NCBI RefSeq assembly: GCF_004210375.1
Contig: NC_134831.1
Coordinates: 98,959,522-99,023,521 of the forward strand
Direction: 5' to 3'
DNA: 64,000 nt
Source of the DNA: Tachypleus tridentatus
Lineage: Eukaryota
In this document: piece after piece, positions 1 through 15,000 of the stretch
How positions within the stretch are numbered: position 1 is the first letter of the stretch
Layout: every line of letters starts with the position of its first letter
Program-made: the position numbers and the translations under genes
The notes under the pieces: generated by a model
What the model was told of the DNA's origin: nothing
Databases searched by the model: none
The model's input: only the letters and a program-made list of their open reading frames with translations

Positions 1-3000
1 ATATATACCAAATACCTAGAGAGAGAGAGAGGTCTGTGCCTGACCCTCCTGGGTATACAAATATATATACCAAAAAATACCTGCAGAGAGAGAGAGGGGT
101 CTAGTGTACCTGACCCTCATGGGTATACAAAATATATACCAAATACCTAGAGAGAGAGCTGGCTAGTGTGCCTGACCCTCCTGGGTATACAAATATATAT
201 ACCACAAATACCTGAGAGAGAGAGAGGTCTAGTGTACCTGGACCCTCCTGGGTATACACAAATATATATACCAAATACCAGAGAGAGAGGTCAAAGTGTA
301 CCTGACCCTCTCATTGTATACATAATATATACCAAATACCTAGAGAGAGACAGAGGTCTAGTGTACCTGACCCTCCTGGGTATACAAATATATATACCAA
401 ATACCTAGAGAGAGAGAGAGAGAGGTTCTAGTGTACCTGACTCTCCTGATGGGTATACAAATATATATACCTTGATACAGAGAGAGAGAAGTCTAGTGTA
501 CCTGACCCTCCTGGGTATACAAATATATATACCATAAAACCTCAGAGAGAGAGAGAGGTCTAGTGTACCTGACCCTCCTGGGTGCTTCAAATGATATATA
601 TACCAAAAATACCAATAGAGAGAGAGAGGTCTAGTGTGCCTGACCCCTCCTGGGTATACAAATATATATGCCAAAATACCGATAGAGAGAGAGGTCCTAT
701 TGTACTTAACCCTCCTTGGTATACAAATATATATGCTACCAAATACATAGAGAGAGAGGTCTAGTGTACCTAACCCTCCTGGGTATACAAATGTATATAC
801 CAAATACCTAGAGAGAGAGAGGTCTAGTGTACCTGAGCCTCCTGGGTATACAAATATACCATACCAAATATCTAGAGAGAGAGAGAGGTTTAGTGTACCT
901 GATCCTCCTGGGTATACAAATATATATACTAAATACCTAGAGAGAGAGAGGTCTAATGTACCTGATCCTCCTGGGTATACAAATATATATACTAAATACC
1001 TAGAAAGAGAGAGAGAGAGAGGTCTAGTGTACCTAACCCTCCTCGGTATACAAATATATATACCAAATACATAAAGAGAGAGAGAGAGGTCTAGTTTACC
1101 TGACCCTCCTGGGTATACAAACATATATACCCAAATACCTAGAGAGAGAGAGAGGTCTAGTGTACCTCACCCTCCTGGGTATACAAATATATATACCAAA
1201 ATACCTAGAGAGAGAGAGCTCTAGTGTACCTGACCCTATTGGGTATACAAATATATATACCAAAATACCTAAAGAAAGAGAGACGTCTAGTGTACCTGAC
1301 CCTCCTAAGTATACAAATATATATACCCAAATACCTACAGAGAGAGAGGCATCCAGTGTACCTGACCCTCATGGGTATACAAATATATATACCAATATAC
1401 CTAGAGAGAGAGAGGTCTAGTGTACCTGACCCTCCAGAGTATACAAATATATATACCAAATACCTAGTAAGAAAGGTCTAGTGTACCTGACACTCCTGGG
1501 TATACAAATATATATACCAGATACATAGAGAGAGAGGGGTCCAGTGTACCTGACCCTACTGGGTATACAAATATATATACCAGATACATAGAGAGTGAAG
1601 TCCAATGTACCTGACCCTCCTGGGTATACAAATATATATACCAAATACCTAGAGAGAGAGAGGTCTAGTGTACCTGACCCTCCTGGGTATACAAATATAT
1701 ATACCAAAATACCTAGAGAGAGAGAGGTCTAGTGTACCTGACCCTCCTGGAGTATACAAATATATATACCAAATACCTAGAGAGAGAGGGGTCTAGTGTA
1801 CCTGACCCTCCTGGGTACACAAATATATATACCAAATACCTAGAGAAAGAGAGAGAGGTCTAGTGTACCGCACCCTCCTGGGTATACAAATATATATACC
1901 AAAACACCTAGAGAGAGAGAGAGGTCTAGTGTACCTGAACCTCCAGGGTATACAAATATATATACCAAATACCTAGATAGAGAGAGAGGTCTAGTGTACC
2001 TGACCCTCCTGGGTATACAAATATATATACCAAATACCTAGAGAGAGAGAGAGGTCTAGTGTACCTAGGGACCTGGGCACCTCCTCAGGGCAAATACAAA
2101 TATATATACCAAAATACCTAGAGAGAGAGGGTCTAGTGTACCTGAACCTCCTGGGTATACAAATATATATATCCAAATACCTAGAGAGAGAGGTCTAGTG
2201 TACCTGACCCTCCTGGGTATACAAATATATATACCCAAATACCTAGAGAGAGAGAGGTCTAGTGTACCTGACCCTCCAGGGTATACAAATATATATACCA
2301 AATACCTAGAGAGAGAGGTCTAGTGTACCTGACCCTCCTGGGTATACAAATATATATACCAAATACCTAGAGAGAGAGAGGTCTAGTGTACCTGACCCTC
2401 CTGGGTATACAAATATATATATACCAAAACATCTAGAGAGAGAGAGAGGTCTAGTGTACCTGACCCTCCTCGGTATACAAATATATATACCAAATACCTA
2501 AAGAGAGAGATCTAGTGTAGCTGACCCTCCTGGGTATACATATATATATACCAAATACCTAGAGAGAGAGAGGTCTAGTGTACCTGACCCTCCTGGGTAT
2601 ACAAATATATATACCAAAATACCTAGAGAGAGAGAGGGTCTAGTGTACCTGACCCTCCTGGGTATACAAATATATATACCAAAATACCTAGAGAGAGAGA
2701 GGTCTAGTGTACCTGACCCTCCTGGGTATACAAATATATATACCAAAATACCTATAGAGAGAGAGGTCTAGTGTACCTGACCCTCCTGGGTATACAAATA
2801 TATATACCAAATACTAGAGAGGAGAGAGAGAGAGGTCTAGTGTACCTGACCCTCCTGGGTATACAAATATATATACCAAATACCTAGAGAGAGAGAGGTC
2901 TAGTGTACCTGACCCTCCTGGGTATACAAATATATATACCAAATACCTAGAGAGAGAGAGGTCTAGTGTACCTGACCCTCCTGGGTATACAAATATATAT

Positions 3001-6000
3001 ACCAAATACCTAGAGAGAGAGAGAGGTCTAGTGTACCTGACAAATACCTCCTGGGTATACAAAATCATATATACCAAATACCTAGAGAGAGAGAGAGGTC
3101 TAGTGTACCTGACCCTCCTGGGTATACAAATATATATACCAAATACCTGAGAGAGAGAGAGAGGTCTAGTGTACCTGACCCTCCTGGGTATACAAATATA
3201 TATACCAAATACCTGAGAGAGAGAGAGAGGTCTAGTGTACCTGACCCTCCTGGGTATACAAATATATATACCAAATACCTAGAGAGAGAGAGTCTAGTGA
3301 CCCAACCCTCCTGGGTATACAAATATATATACCAAAATAGTGTACCTGACCCTCCTGGGTATACAAATATATATACCAAATACCTAGAGAGAGAGAGAGG
3401 TCTAGTGTACCTGACCCTCCTGGGTATACAAAATATATACCAAATACCTAGAGAGAGAGGTCTAGTGTACCTGACCCTCCTGGGTATACAAATATATATA
3501 CCAAATACCTAGAGAGAGAGAGGTCTAGTGTACCTGACCCTCCTGGGTATACAAATATATATACCAAATACCTAGAGAGAGAGAGAGGTCTAGTGTACCT
3601 GACCCTCCTGGGTATACAAATATATATACCAAATACCTAGAGAGAGAGAGAGGGTCTAGTGTACCTGACCCTCCTGGGTATACAAATATATATACCAAAA
3701 TACCTAGAGAGAGAGAGAGGTCTAGTGTACCTGACCCTCCTGGGTATACAAATATATATACCAAAATACCTAGAGAGAGAGAGGTCTAGTGTACCTGACC
3801 CTCCTGGGTATACAAATATATATACCCAAATACCTAGAGAGAGAGAGGTCTAGTGTACCTGACCCTCCTGGGTATACAAATATATATACCAAATACCTAG
3901 AGAGAGAGAGGTCTAGTGTACCTGACCCTCCTGGGTATACAAATATATATACCAAATACCTAGAGAGAGAGAGGTCTAGTGTACCTGACCCTCCTGGGTA
4001 TACAAATATATATATACCAAATACCTAGAGAGAGAGAGGTCTAGTGTACCTGACCCTCCTGGGTATACAAATATATATACCAAATACCTAGAGAGAGAGA
4101 GAGGTCTAGTGTACCTGACCCTCCTGGGTATACAAATATATATACCAAATACCTAGAGAGAGAGAGAGTGTACCTGACCTAGAGAGAGAGAGAGAAGGGG
4201 TCCTGGGTATACAAATATATATACCAAATACCTAGAGAGAGAGAGAGGTCTAGTGTACCTGACCCTCCTGGGTATACAAATATATATACCAAATACCTAG
4301 AGAGAGAGAGAGGTCTAGTGTACCTGACTCTCCTGAGTATACAAATATATATACCAAATACCTAGAGAGAGAGAGAGGTCTAGTGTACCTGACCCTCATG
4401 GGTATACAAATATATATACCAAATACATAGAGAGAGAGAAGTCTAGTGTACCTGACACTCCTGGGTATACAAATATATATACCATAAAACCTAGAGAGAG
4501 AGAGAGGTATAGTGTACCCAACCCTCCTGGGTATACAAATATATATACCAAAATACCGATAGAGAGAGAGAGGTCTAGTGTACCCGACCCTCCTGGGTAC
4601 ACAAATATATATACCAAATACCTAGAGAGAGAGGCCAAGTGTAGCTGACCCTCCTGGGTATACAAATATATATACCCAAATACCTAGAGAGAGAGAGGTC
4701 TAGTGTACCTGACCCTCCTGGGTATACAAATATATATACCAAATACCTAGAGAGAGAGGTCAAGTGTAGCTGACCCTCCTTGGTATACATACATATATAC
4801 CAAATACCTAGAGAGAGAGAGAGGTCTAGTGTACGTGACCCTCCTGGGTATACAAATATATATACCAAATACCTAGAGAGAGAGAGAGAGAGGTCTAGTG
4901 TACCTGACTCTCCTGAGTATACAAATATATATACCAAATACCTAGAGAGAGAGAGAGGTCTAGTGTACCTGACCCTCATGGGTTTTCAAATATATATACC
5001 AAATACCTAGAGAGAGAGAGAAGTCTAGTGTACCTGACCCTCCTGGGTATACAAATACATATACCATAAAACCTAGAGAGAGAGAGAGAGGTCTAGTGTA
5101 CCCGACCCTCCTGGGTATACAAATATATATACCAAAATACCAATAGAGAGAGAGAGGTCTAGTGTACCCGACCCTCCTGGGTATACAAATATATATACCA
5201 AAATTCCGATAGAGAGAGAGAGGTCTAGTGTACCCGACCCTCCTGGGTATACAAATATATATACCAAAATATCGATAGAGAGAGAGAGGTCTAATGTACC
5301 TGACCCTCCAGAGTATACAAATATATATACCAAATACCTAGTGAGAAAGGTCTAGTGTACCTGACCCTCCTCAGTATACAAATATATATACCAAATACCT
5401 AGACAGAGAGAGGTCTAGTGTACCTGACCCTCCTGGGTATACAAATATATATACCAAAACATCTTGAGAGAGAGAGGTCTAGTGTACCTGACCCTCCTGG
5501 GTATACAAATATATATACCAAATACCTAGAGAGTGAGAGGTCTAGTGTACCTGAGCCTCCTGGGTATACAAATATATATACCAAATACCTAGAGAGAGAG
5601 AGAGGTCTAGTGTTCCTGACCCTCATGGGTATACAAACAAATATTCCAAAATACCTAGAGAAAGAGAGGTCTAGTGTACCTGACCCTCCTGGGTATACAA
5701 ATATATATATCCAAATACCTAGAGAGAGAGAGAGAGGTCTAGTGTACCTAACCCTCCTGGGTAGACAAATATATACCAAAATACCTAGAGAGAGAGAGAG
5801 GTCTAGTGTACCTGACCTCCTGGGTATACAAATATATATACCAAATACCTAGAGAGAGAGAGAGGTCTAGTGTACCTGACCCTCCTGGGTATACAAATAT
5901 ATATACCAAAATACCCGAGAGAGAGAGAGGTCTAGTGTACCCGACCCTCCTGGGTATACAAATATATATACCAAAATACCGATAGAGAGAGAGAGGTCTA

Positions 6001-9000
6001 GTGTACCCGACCCTCCTGGGTATACAAATATATATACCAAATACCTAGAGAGAGAGAGGTCTAGTGTACCTGACCCTCCTGGGTATACAAATATATATAC
6101 CAAATACCTAGAGAGAGAGGTCAAGTGTAGCTGACCCTCCTTGGTATACATACATATATACCAAATACCTAGAGAGAGAGAGAGGTCTAGTGTACCTGAC
6201 CCTCCTGGGTATACAAATATATATACCATAAAACCTAGAGAGAGAGAGGTCTAGTGTACCCGACCCTCCTGGGTATACAAATATATATACCAAAATACCA
6301 ATAGAGAGAGAGAGAGGTCTAGTGTACCCGACCCTCCTGGGTATACAAATATATATACCAAAATACCGATAGAGAGAGAGAGGTCTAGTGTACCCGACCC
6401 TCCTGGGTATACAAATATATATACCAAATACCTAGAGAGAGAGAGGTCTAGTGTACCTGACCCTCCTGGGTATACAAATATATATACCAAATACCTAGAG
6501 AGTGAGAGGTCTAGTGTACCTGACCCTCCTGGGTATACAAATATATATACCAAATACCTAGAGAGAGAGAGGTCTAGTGTACCTGACCCTCCTGGGTATA
6601 CAAATATATATACCAAATACCTAGAGAGAGAGGTCAAGTGTACCTGACCCTCCTGGGTATACAATATATATATACCAAATACCTAGAGAGAGAGAGAGGT
6701 CTAGTGTACCTGACCCTCCTGGGTATACAAATATATATACCAAATACCTAGAGAGAGAGAGGTCTAGTGTACCTGACCCTCCTGGGTATACAAATATATA
6801 TACCAAAATACCTAGAGAGAGAGAGAGGTCTAGTGTACCTGACCCTCCTGGGTATACAAATATATATACCAAATACCTAGAGAGAGAGAGGTCTAGTGTA
6901 CCTGACCCTCCTGGGTATACACATATATATACCAAATACCTAGAGAGAGAGGCCAAGTGTACCTGACCCTCCTGGGTATACAAATATATATACCAAATAC
7001 CTAGAGAGAGAGAGAGGTCTAGTGTACCTGACCCTCCTGGGTATACAAATATATATACCAAATACCTAGAGAGAGAGAGAGGTCTAGTGTACCTGACCCT
7101 CCTGGGTATACAAATATATATACCAAATACCTAGAGAGAGAGAGAGGTCTAGTGTACCTGACCCTCCTGGGTATACAAATATATATACCAAATACATAGA
7201 GAGAGAGAAGTCTAGTGTACCTGACCCTCCTGGGTATACAAATATATATACCAAATACCTAGAGAGAGAGAGAGGTCTAGTGTACCTGACCCTCCTGGGT
7301 ATACAAATATATATACCAAATACCTAGAGAGAGAGAGGTCTAGTGTACCTGACCCTCCTGGGTATACAAATATATATACCAAATACCTAGAGAGAGAGGT
7401 CTAGTGTAGCTGACCCTCCTGGGTATACAAATATATATACCAAATACCTAGAGAGAGAGGTCTAGTGTACCTGACCCTCCTGGGTATACAAATATATATA
7501 CCAAATACCTAGAGAGAGAGAGGTCTAGTGTAGCTGACCCTCCTGGGTATACAAATATATATACCAAATACCTAGAGAGAGAGAGAGGTCTAGTGTACCT
7601 GACCCTCCTGGGTATACAAATATATATACCAAATACCTAGAGAGAGAGAGGTCTAGTGTACCTGACCCTCCTGGGTATACAAATATATATACCAAATACC
7701 TAGAGAGAGAGAGGTCTAGTGTACCTGACCCTCCTGGGTATACAAATATATATACCAAATACCTAGAGAGAGAGAGGTCTAGTGTACCTGACCCTCCTGG
7801 GTATACAAATATATATACCAAAATACCGAGAGAGAGAGAGGTCTAGTGTACCTGACCCTCCTGGTATACAAATATATATACCAAATACCTAGAGAGAGAG
7901 AAGGTCTAGTGTACCTGACCCTCCTGGGTATACAAATATATATACCCAAATACCTAGAGAGAGAGAGAGGTCTAGTGTACCTGACCCTCCTGGGTATACA
8001 AATATATATACCATAAAACCTAGAGAGAGAGAGAGGTCTAGTGTACCTGACCCTCCTGGGTATACAAATATATATACCAAATACCTAGAGAGAGAGAGGT
8101 CTAGTGTACCTGACCCTCCTGGGTATACAAATATATATACCAAATACCTAGAGAGAGAGAGGTCTAGTGTACCTGACCCTCCTGGGTATACAAATATATA
8201 TACCAAATACCTAGAGAGAGAGGTCTAGTGTACCTGACCCTCCTGGGTTTACAAATATATATACCAAATACCTAGAGAGAGAGAGAGTCTAGTGTACCTG
8301 ACCCTCCTGGGTATACAAATATATATACCATAAAACCTAGAGAGAGAGAGAGGTCTAGTGTACCTGACCCTCCTGGGTATACAAATATATATACCAAAAT
8401 ACCAATAGAGAGAGAGAGGTCTAGTGTACCTGACCCTCCTGGGTATACAAATATATATACCAAATACCGATAGAGAGAGAGAGGTCTAGTGTACCTGACC
8501 CTCCTGGGTATACAAATATATATACCAAAATACCGATAGAGAGAGAGAGGTCTAGTGTACCTGACCCTCCTGGGTATACAAATATATATACCAAATACCT
8601 AGAGAGAGAAGGTCTAGTGTACCTGACCTCTCCGGTATACAAATATATATACCAAATACCTAGACAGAGAGAGGTCTAGTGTACCTGACCCTCCTGGGTA
8701 TACAAATATATATACCAAAACATCTTGAGAGAGAGAGGTCTAGTGTACCTGACCCTCCTGGGTATACAAATATATATACCAAATACCTAGAGAGAGAGAG
8801 AGAGAGGTCTAGTGTACCTGAGCCTCCTGGGTATACAAATATATATACCAAATACCTAGAGAGAGAGAGAGGTCTAGTGTACCTGACCCTCCTGGGTATA
8901 CAAATATATATACCAAATACCTAGAGAGAGAGAGGTCTAGTGTACCTGACCCTCCTGGGTATACAAATATATATACCAAATACCTAGAGAGAGAGAGAGG

Positions 9001-12000
9001 TCTAGTGTACCTGACCCTCCTGGGTATACAAATATATATACCAAAATACCTAGAGAGAGAGAGGTCTAGTGTACCTGACCCTCCTGGGTATACAAATATA
9101 TATACCAAATACCTAGAGAGAGAGGTCTAGTGTACCTGACCCTCCTGGGTATACAAATATATATACCAAATACCGAGAGAGAGAGAGAGGTCTAGTGTAC
9201 CTGACCCTCCTGGGTATACAAATATATATACCAAATACCTAGAGAGAGAGAGGTCTAGTGTACCTGACCCTCCTGGGTATACAAATATATATACCAAATA
9301 CCTAGAGAGAGAGAGGTCTAGTGTACCTGACCCTCCTGGGTATACAAATATATATACCAAATACCTAGAGAGAGAGAGAGGTCTGGTGTACCTGACCCTC
9401 CTGGGTATACAAATATATATACCAAATACCTAGAGAGAGAGGTCTAGTGTACCTGACCCTCCTGGGTATACAAATATATATACCAAATACCTAGACAGAG
9501 AGAGGTCTAGTGTACCTGACCCTCCTGGGTATACAAATATATATACCCAAATACCTAGAGAGAGAGAGAGGTCTAGTGTACCTGACCCTCCTGGGTATAC
9601 AAATATATATACCAAATACCTAGAGAGAGAGAGAGGTCTAGTGTACCTGACCCTCCTGGGTATACAAATATATATACCAAATACCTAGAGAGAGAGAGAG
9701 GTCTAGTGTACCTGACCCTCCTGGGTATACAAATATATATACCAAAATACCAGAGAGAGAGAGGTCTAGTGTACCTGACCCTCCTGGGTATACAAATATA
9801 TATACCAAATACCTAGAGAGAGAGAGGTCTAGTGTACCTGACCCTCCTGGGTATACAAATATATATACCAAATACCTAGAGAGAGAGAGAGGTCTAGTGT
9901 ACCTGACCCTCCTGGGTATACAAATATATATACCAAATACCTAGAGAGAGAGAGGTCTAGTGTACCTGACCCTCCTGGGTATACAAATATATATACCAAA
10001 TACCTAGAGAGAGAGAGAGGTCTAGTGTACCTGACCCTCCTGGGTATACAAATATATATACCAAATACCTAGAGAGAGAGAGAGTGTACCTGACCCTCCT
10101 GGGTATACAAATATATATACCTAGAGAGAGAGAGAGGTCTAGTGACCCTCCTGGGTATACAAATATATATACCAAAATACCTAGAGAGAGAGAGGTCTAG
10201 TGTACCTGACCCTCCTGGGTATACAAATATATATACCAAATACCTAGAGAGAGAGAGGTCTAGTGTACCTGACCCTCCTGGGTATACAAATATATATACC
10301 AAATACCTAGAGAGAGAGAGGTCTAGTGTACCTGACTCTCCTGGGTATACAAATATATATACCAAATACCTAGAGAGAGAGAGAGGTCTAGTGTACCTGA
10401 CCCTCCTGGGTATACAAATATATATACCAAATACCTAGAGAGAGAGAGAGGTCTAGTGTACCTGACCCTCCTGGGTATACAAATATATATACCAAATACC
10501 TAGAGAGAGAGAGAGAGGTCTAGTGTACCTGACCCTCCTGGGTATACAAATATATATACCAAATACCAGAGAGAGAGAGAGGTCTAGTGTACCTGACCCT
10601 CCTGGGTATACAAATATATATACCAAATACCTAGAGAGAGAGAGGTCTAGTGTACCTGACCCTCCTGGGTATACAAATATATATACCAAATACCTAGAGA
10701 GAGAGAGAGGTCTAGTGTACCTGACCCTCCTGGGTATACAAATATATATACCAAAACATCTAGAGAGAGAGAGGTCTAGTGTACCTGATCCTCCTGGGTA
10801 TACAAATATATATACCAAAAACCTAGAGAGAGGTCTAGTATACCTGATCCTCCTGGGTATACAAATAAATATACCAAATACCTAGAGAGAGAGAGGTCTA
10901 GTGTACCTGACCCTCCTGGGTATACAAATATATATACCAAATACCTAGAGAGAGAGAGGTCTAGTGTACCTGACCCTCCTGGGTATACAAATATATATAC
11001 CAAATACCTAGAGAGAGAGAGGTCTAGTGTACCTGACCCTCCTGGGTATACAAATATATATACCAAATACCTAGAGAGAGAGAGGTCTAGTGTACCTGAC
11101 CCTCCTGGGTATACAAATATATATACCAAATACCTAGAGAGAGAGAGAGGTCTAGTGTACCTGACCCTCCTGGGTATACAAATATATATACCAAATACCT
11201 AGAGAGAGAGAGGTCTAGTGTACCTGACCCTCCTGGGTATACAAATATATATACCAAATACCTAGAGAGAGAGAGGTCTAGTGTACCTGACCCTCCTGGG
11301 TATACAAATATATATACCAAATACCTAGAGAGAGAGAGGTCTAGTGTACCTGACCCTCCTGGGTATACAAATATATATACCAAATACCTAGAGAGAGAGA
11401 GGTCTAGTGTACCTGACCCTCCTGGGTATACAAATATATATACCAAATACCTAGAGAGAGAGAGAGTCTAGTGTACCTGACCCTCCTGGGTATACAAATA
11501 TATATACCAAATACCTAGAGAGAGAGAGAGGTCTAGTGTACCTGACCCTCCTGGGTATACAAATATATATACCAAAATACCAATAGAGAGAGAGAGGTCT
11601 AGTGTACCTGACCCTCCTGGGTATACAAATATATATACCAAAATACCGAGAGAGAGAGAGAGGTCTAGTGTACCTGACCCTCCTGGGTATACAAATATAT
11701 ATACCAAATACCTAGAGAGAGAGAGGTCTAGTGTACCTGACCCTCCTGGGTATACAAATATATATACCAAATACCTAGAGAGAGAGAGGTCTAGTGTACC
11801 TGACCCTCCTGGGTATACAAATATATATACCAAATACCTAGAGAGAGAGAGGTCTAGTGTACCTGACCCTCCTGGGTATACAAATATATATACCAAATAC
11901 CTAGAGAGAGAGAGGTCTAGTGTACCTGACCCTCCTGGGTATACAAATATATATACCAAATACCTAGAGAGAGAGAGGTCTAGTGTACCTGACCCTCCTG

Positions 12001-15000
12001 GGTATACAAATATATATACCAAATACATAGAGAGAGAGAAGTCTAGTGTACCTGACCCTCCTGGGTATACAAATATATATACCAAATACCTAGAGAGAGA
12101 GAGAGAGAGAGGTCTAGTGTACCTGACCCTCCTGGGTATACAAATATATATACCAAAATACCTAGAGAGAGAGAGGTCTAGTGTACCTGACCCTCCTGGG
12201 TATACAAATATATATACCAAATACCTAGAGAGAGAGAGGTCTAGTGTACCTGACCCTCCTGGGTATACAAATATATATACCAAATACCTAGAGAGAGAGA
12301 GAGGTCTAGTGTACCTGACCCTCCTGGGTATACAAATATATATACCAAAATACCTAGAGAGAGAGAGGTCTAGTGTACCTGACCCTCCTGGGTATACAAA
12401 TATATATACCAAAAACCTAGAGAGAGGTCTAGTATACCTGATCCTCCTGGGTATACAAATATATATACCAAAATAGAGAGAGGGTCTAGTGTACCTGACC
12501 CTCCTGGGTATACAAAATATATACCTAGAGAGAGAGAGGTCTAGTGTACCTGACCCTCCTGGGTATACAAATATATATACCAAATACCTAGAGAGAGAGA
12601 GGTCTAGTGTACCTGACCCTCCTGGGTATACAAATATATATACCAAATACCTAGAGAGAGAGGTCTAGTGTACCTGACCCTCCTGGGTATACAAATATAT
12701 ATACCAAATACCTAGAGAGAGAGAGGTCTAGTGTACCTGACCCTCCTGGGTATACAAATATATATACCAAAATACCTAGAGAGAGAGAGGTCTAGTGTAC
12801 CTGACCCTCCTGGGTATACAAATATATATACCAAATACCTAGAGAGAGAGAGGTCTAGTGTACCTGACCCTCCTGGGTATACAAATATATATACCAAATA
12901 CCTAGAGAGAGAGAGAGGTCTAGTGTACCTGACCCTCCTGGGTATACAAATATATATACCAAATACCTAGAGAGAGAGAGGTCTAGTGTACCTGACCCTC
13001 CTGGGTATACAAATATATATACCAAATACCTAGAGAGAGAGAGAGAGGTCTAGTGTACCTGACCCTCCTGGGTATACAAATATATATACCAAATACCTAG
13101 AGAGAGAGAGAGGTCTAGTGTACCTGACCCTCCTGGGTATACAAATATATATACCAAATACCTAGAGAGAGAGAGAGGTCTAGTGTACCTGACCCTCCTG
13201 GGTATACAAATATATATACCAAAATACCTAGAGAGAGAGAGGTCTAGTGTACCTGACCCTCCTGGGTATACAAATATATATACCAAATACCTAGAGAGAG
13301 AGAGGTCTAGTGTACCTGACCCTCCTGGGTATACAAATATATATACCAAATACCTAGAGAGAGAGAGAGAGGTCTAGTGTACCTGACTCTCCTGAGTATA
13401 CAAATATATATACCAAATACCTAGAGAGAGAGAGAGGTCTAGTGTACCTGACCCTCCTGGGTATACAAATATATATACCAAATACCTAGAGAGAGAGGTC
13501 TAGTGTACCTGACCCTCCTGGGTATACAAATATATATACCAAATACCTAGACAGAGAGAGGTCTAGTGTACCTGACCCTCCTGGGTATACAAATATATAT
13601 ACCAAAATACCTAGAGAGAGAGAGGTCTAGTGTACCTGACCCTCCTGGGTATACAAATATATATACCAAATACCGAGAGAGAGAGAGAGGTCTAGTGTAC
13701 CTGACCCTCCTGGGTATACAAATATATATACCAAATACCTAGAGAGAGAGGTCTAGTGTACCTGACCCTCCTGGGTATACAAATATATATACCAAATACC
13801 TAGAGAGAGAGGTCTAGTGTACCTGACCCTCCTGGGTATACAAATATATATACCAAATACCTAGAGAGAGAGGTCTAGTGTACCTGACCCTCCTGGGTAT
13901 ACAAATATATATACCAAATACCTAGAGAGAGAGAGAGGTCTAGTGTACCTGACCCTCCTGGGTATACAAATATATATACCAAATACCTAGAGAGAGAGAG
14001 GTCTAGTGTACCTGACCCTCCTGGGTATACAAATATATATACCAAATACCTAGAGAGAGAGAGAGGTCTAGTGTACCTGACCCTCCTGGGTATACAAATA
14101 TATATACCAAATACCTAGAGAGAGAGAGAGGTCTAGTGTACCTGACCCTCCTGGGTATACAAATATATATACCAAATACCTAGAGAGAGAGAGAGGTCTA
14201 GTGTACCTGACCCTCCTGGGTATACAAATATATATACCAAAATACCTAGAGAGAGAGAGGTCTAGTGTACCTGACCCTCCTGGGTATACAAATATATATA
14301 CCAAATACCTAGAGAGAGAGAGAGAGGTCTAGTGTACCTGACCCTCCTGGGTATACAAATATATATACCAAATACCTAGAGAGAGAGAGGTCTAGTGTAC
14401 CTGACCCTCCTGGGTATACAAATATATATACCAAAATACCGATAGAGAGAGAGAGGTCTAGTGTACCCGACCCTCCTGGGTATACAAATATATATACCAA
14501 ATACCTAGAGAGAGAGAGGTCTAGTGTACCTGACCCTCCTGGGTATACAAATATATATACCAAATACCTAGAGAGAGAGAGGTCTAGTGTACCTGACCCT
14601 CCTGGGTATACAAATATATATACCAAATACCTAGAGAGAGAGAGAGGTCTAGTGTACCTGACCCTCCTGGGTATACAAATATATATACCAAATACCTAGA
14701 GAGAGAGAGAGGTCTAGTGTACCTGACCCTCCTGGGTATACAAATATATATACCAAATACCTAGAGAGAGAGAGGTCTAGTGTACCTGACCCTCCTGGGT
14801 ATACAAATATATATACCAAATACCTAGAGAGAGAGAGAGAGGTCTAGTGTACCTGACCCTCCTGAGTATACAAATATATATACCAAATACCTAGAGAGAG
14901 AGAGGTCTAGTGTACCTGACCCTCATGGGTATACAAATATATATACCAAATACATAGAGAGAGAGAAGTCTAGTGTACCTGACCCTCCTGGGTATACAAA

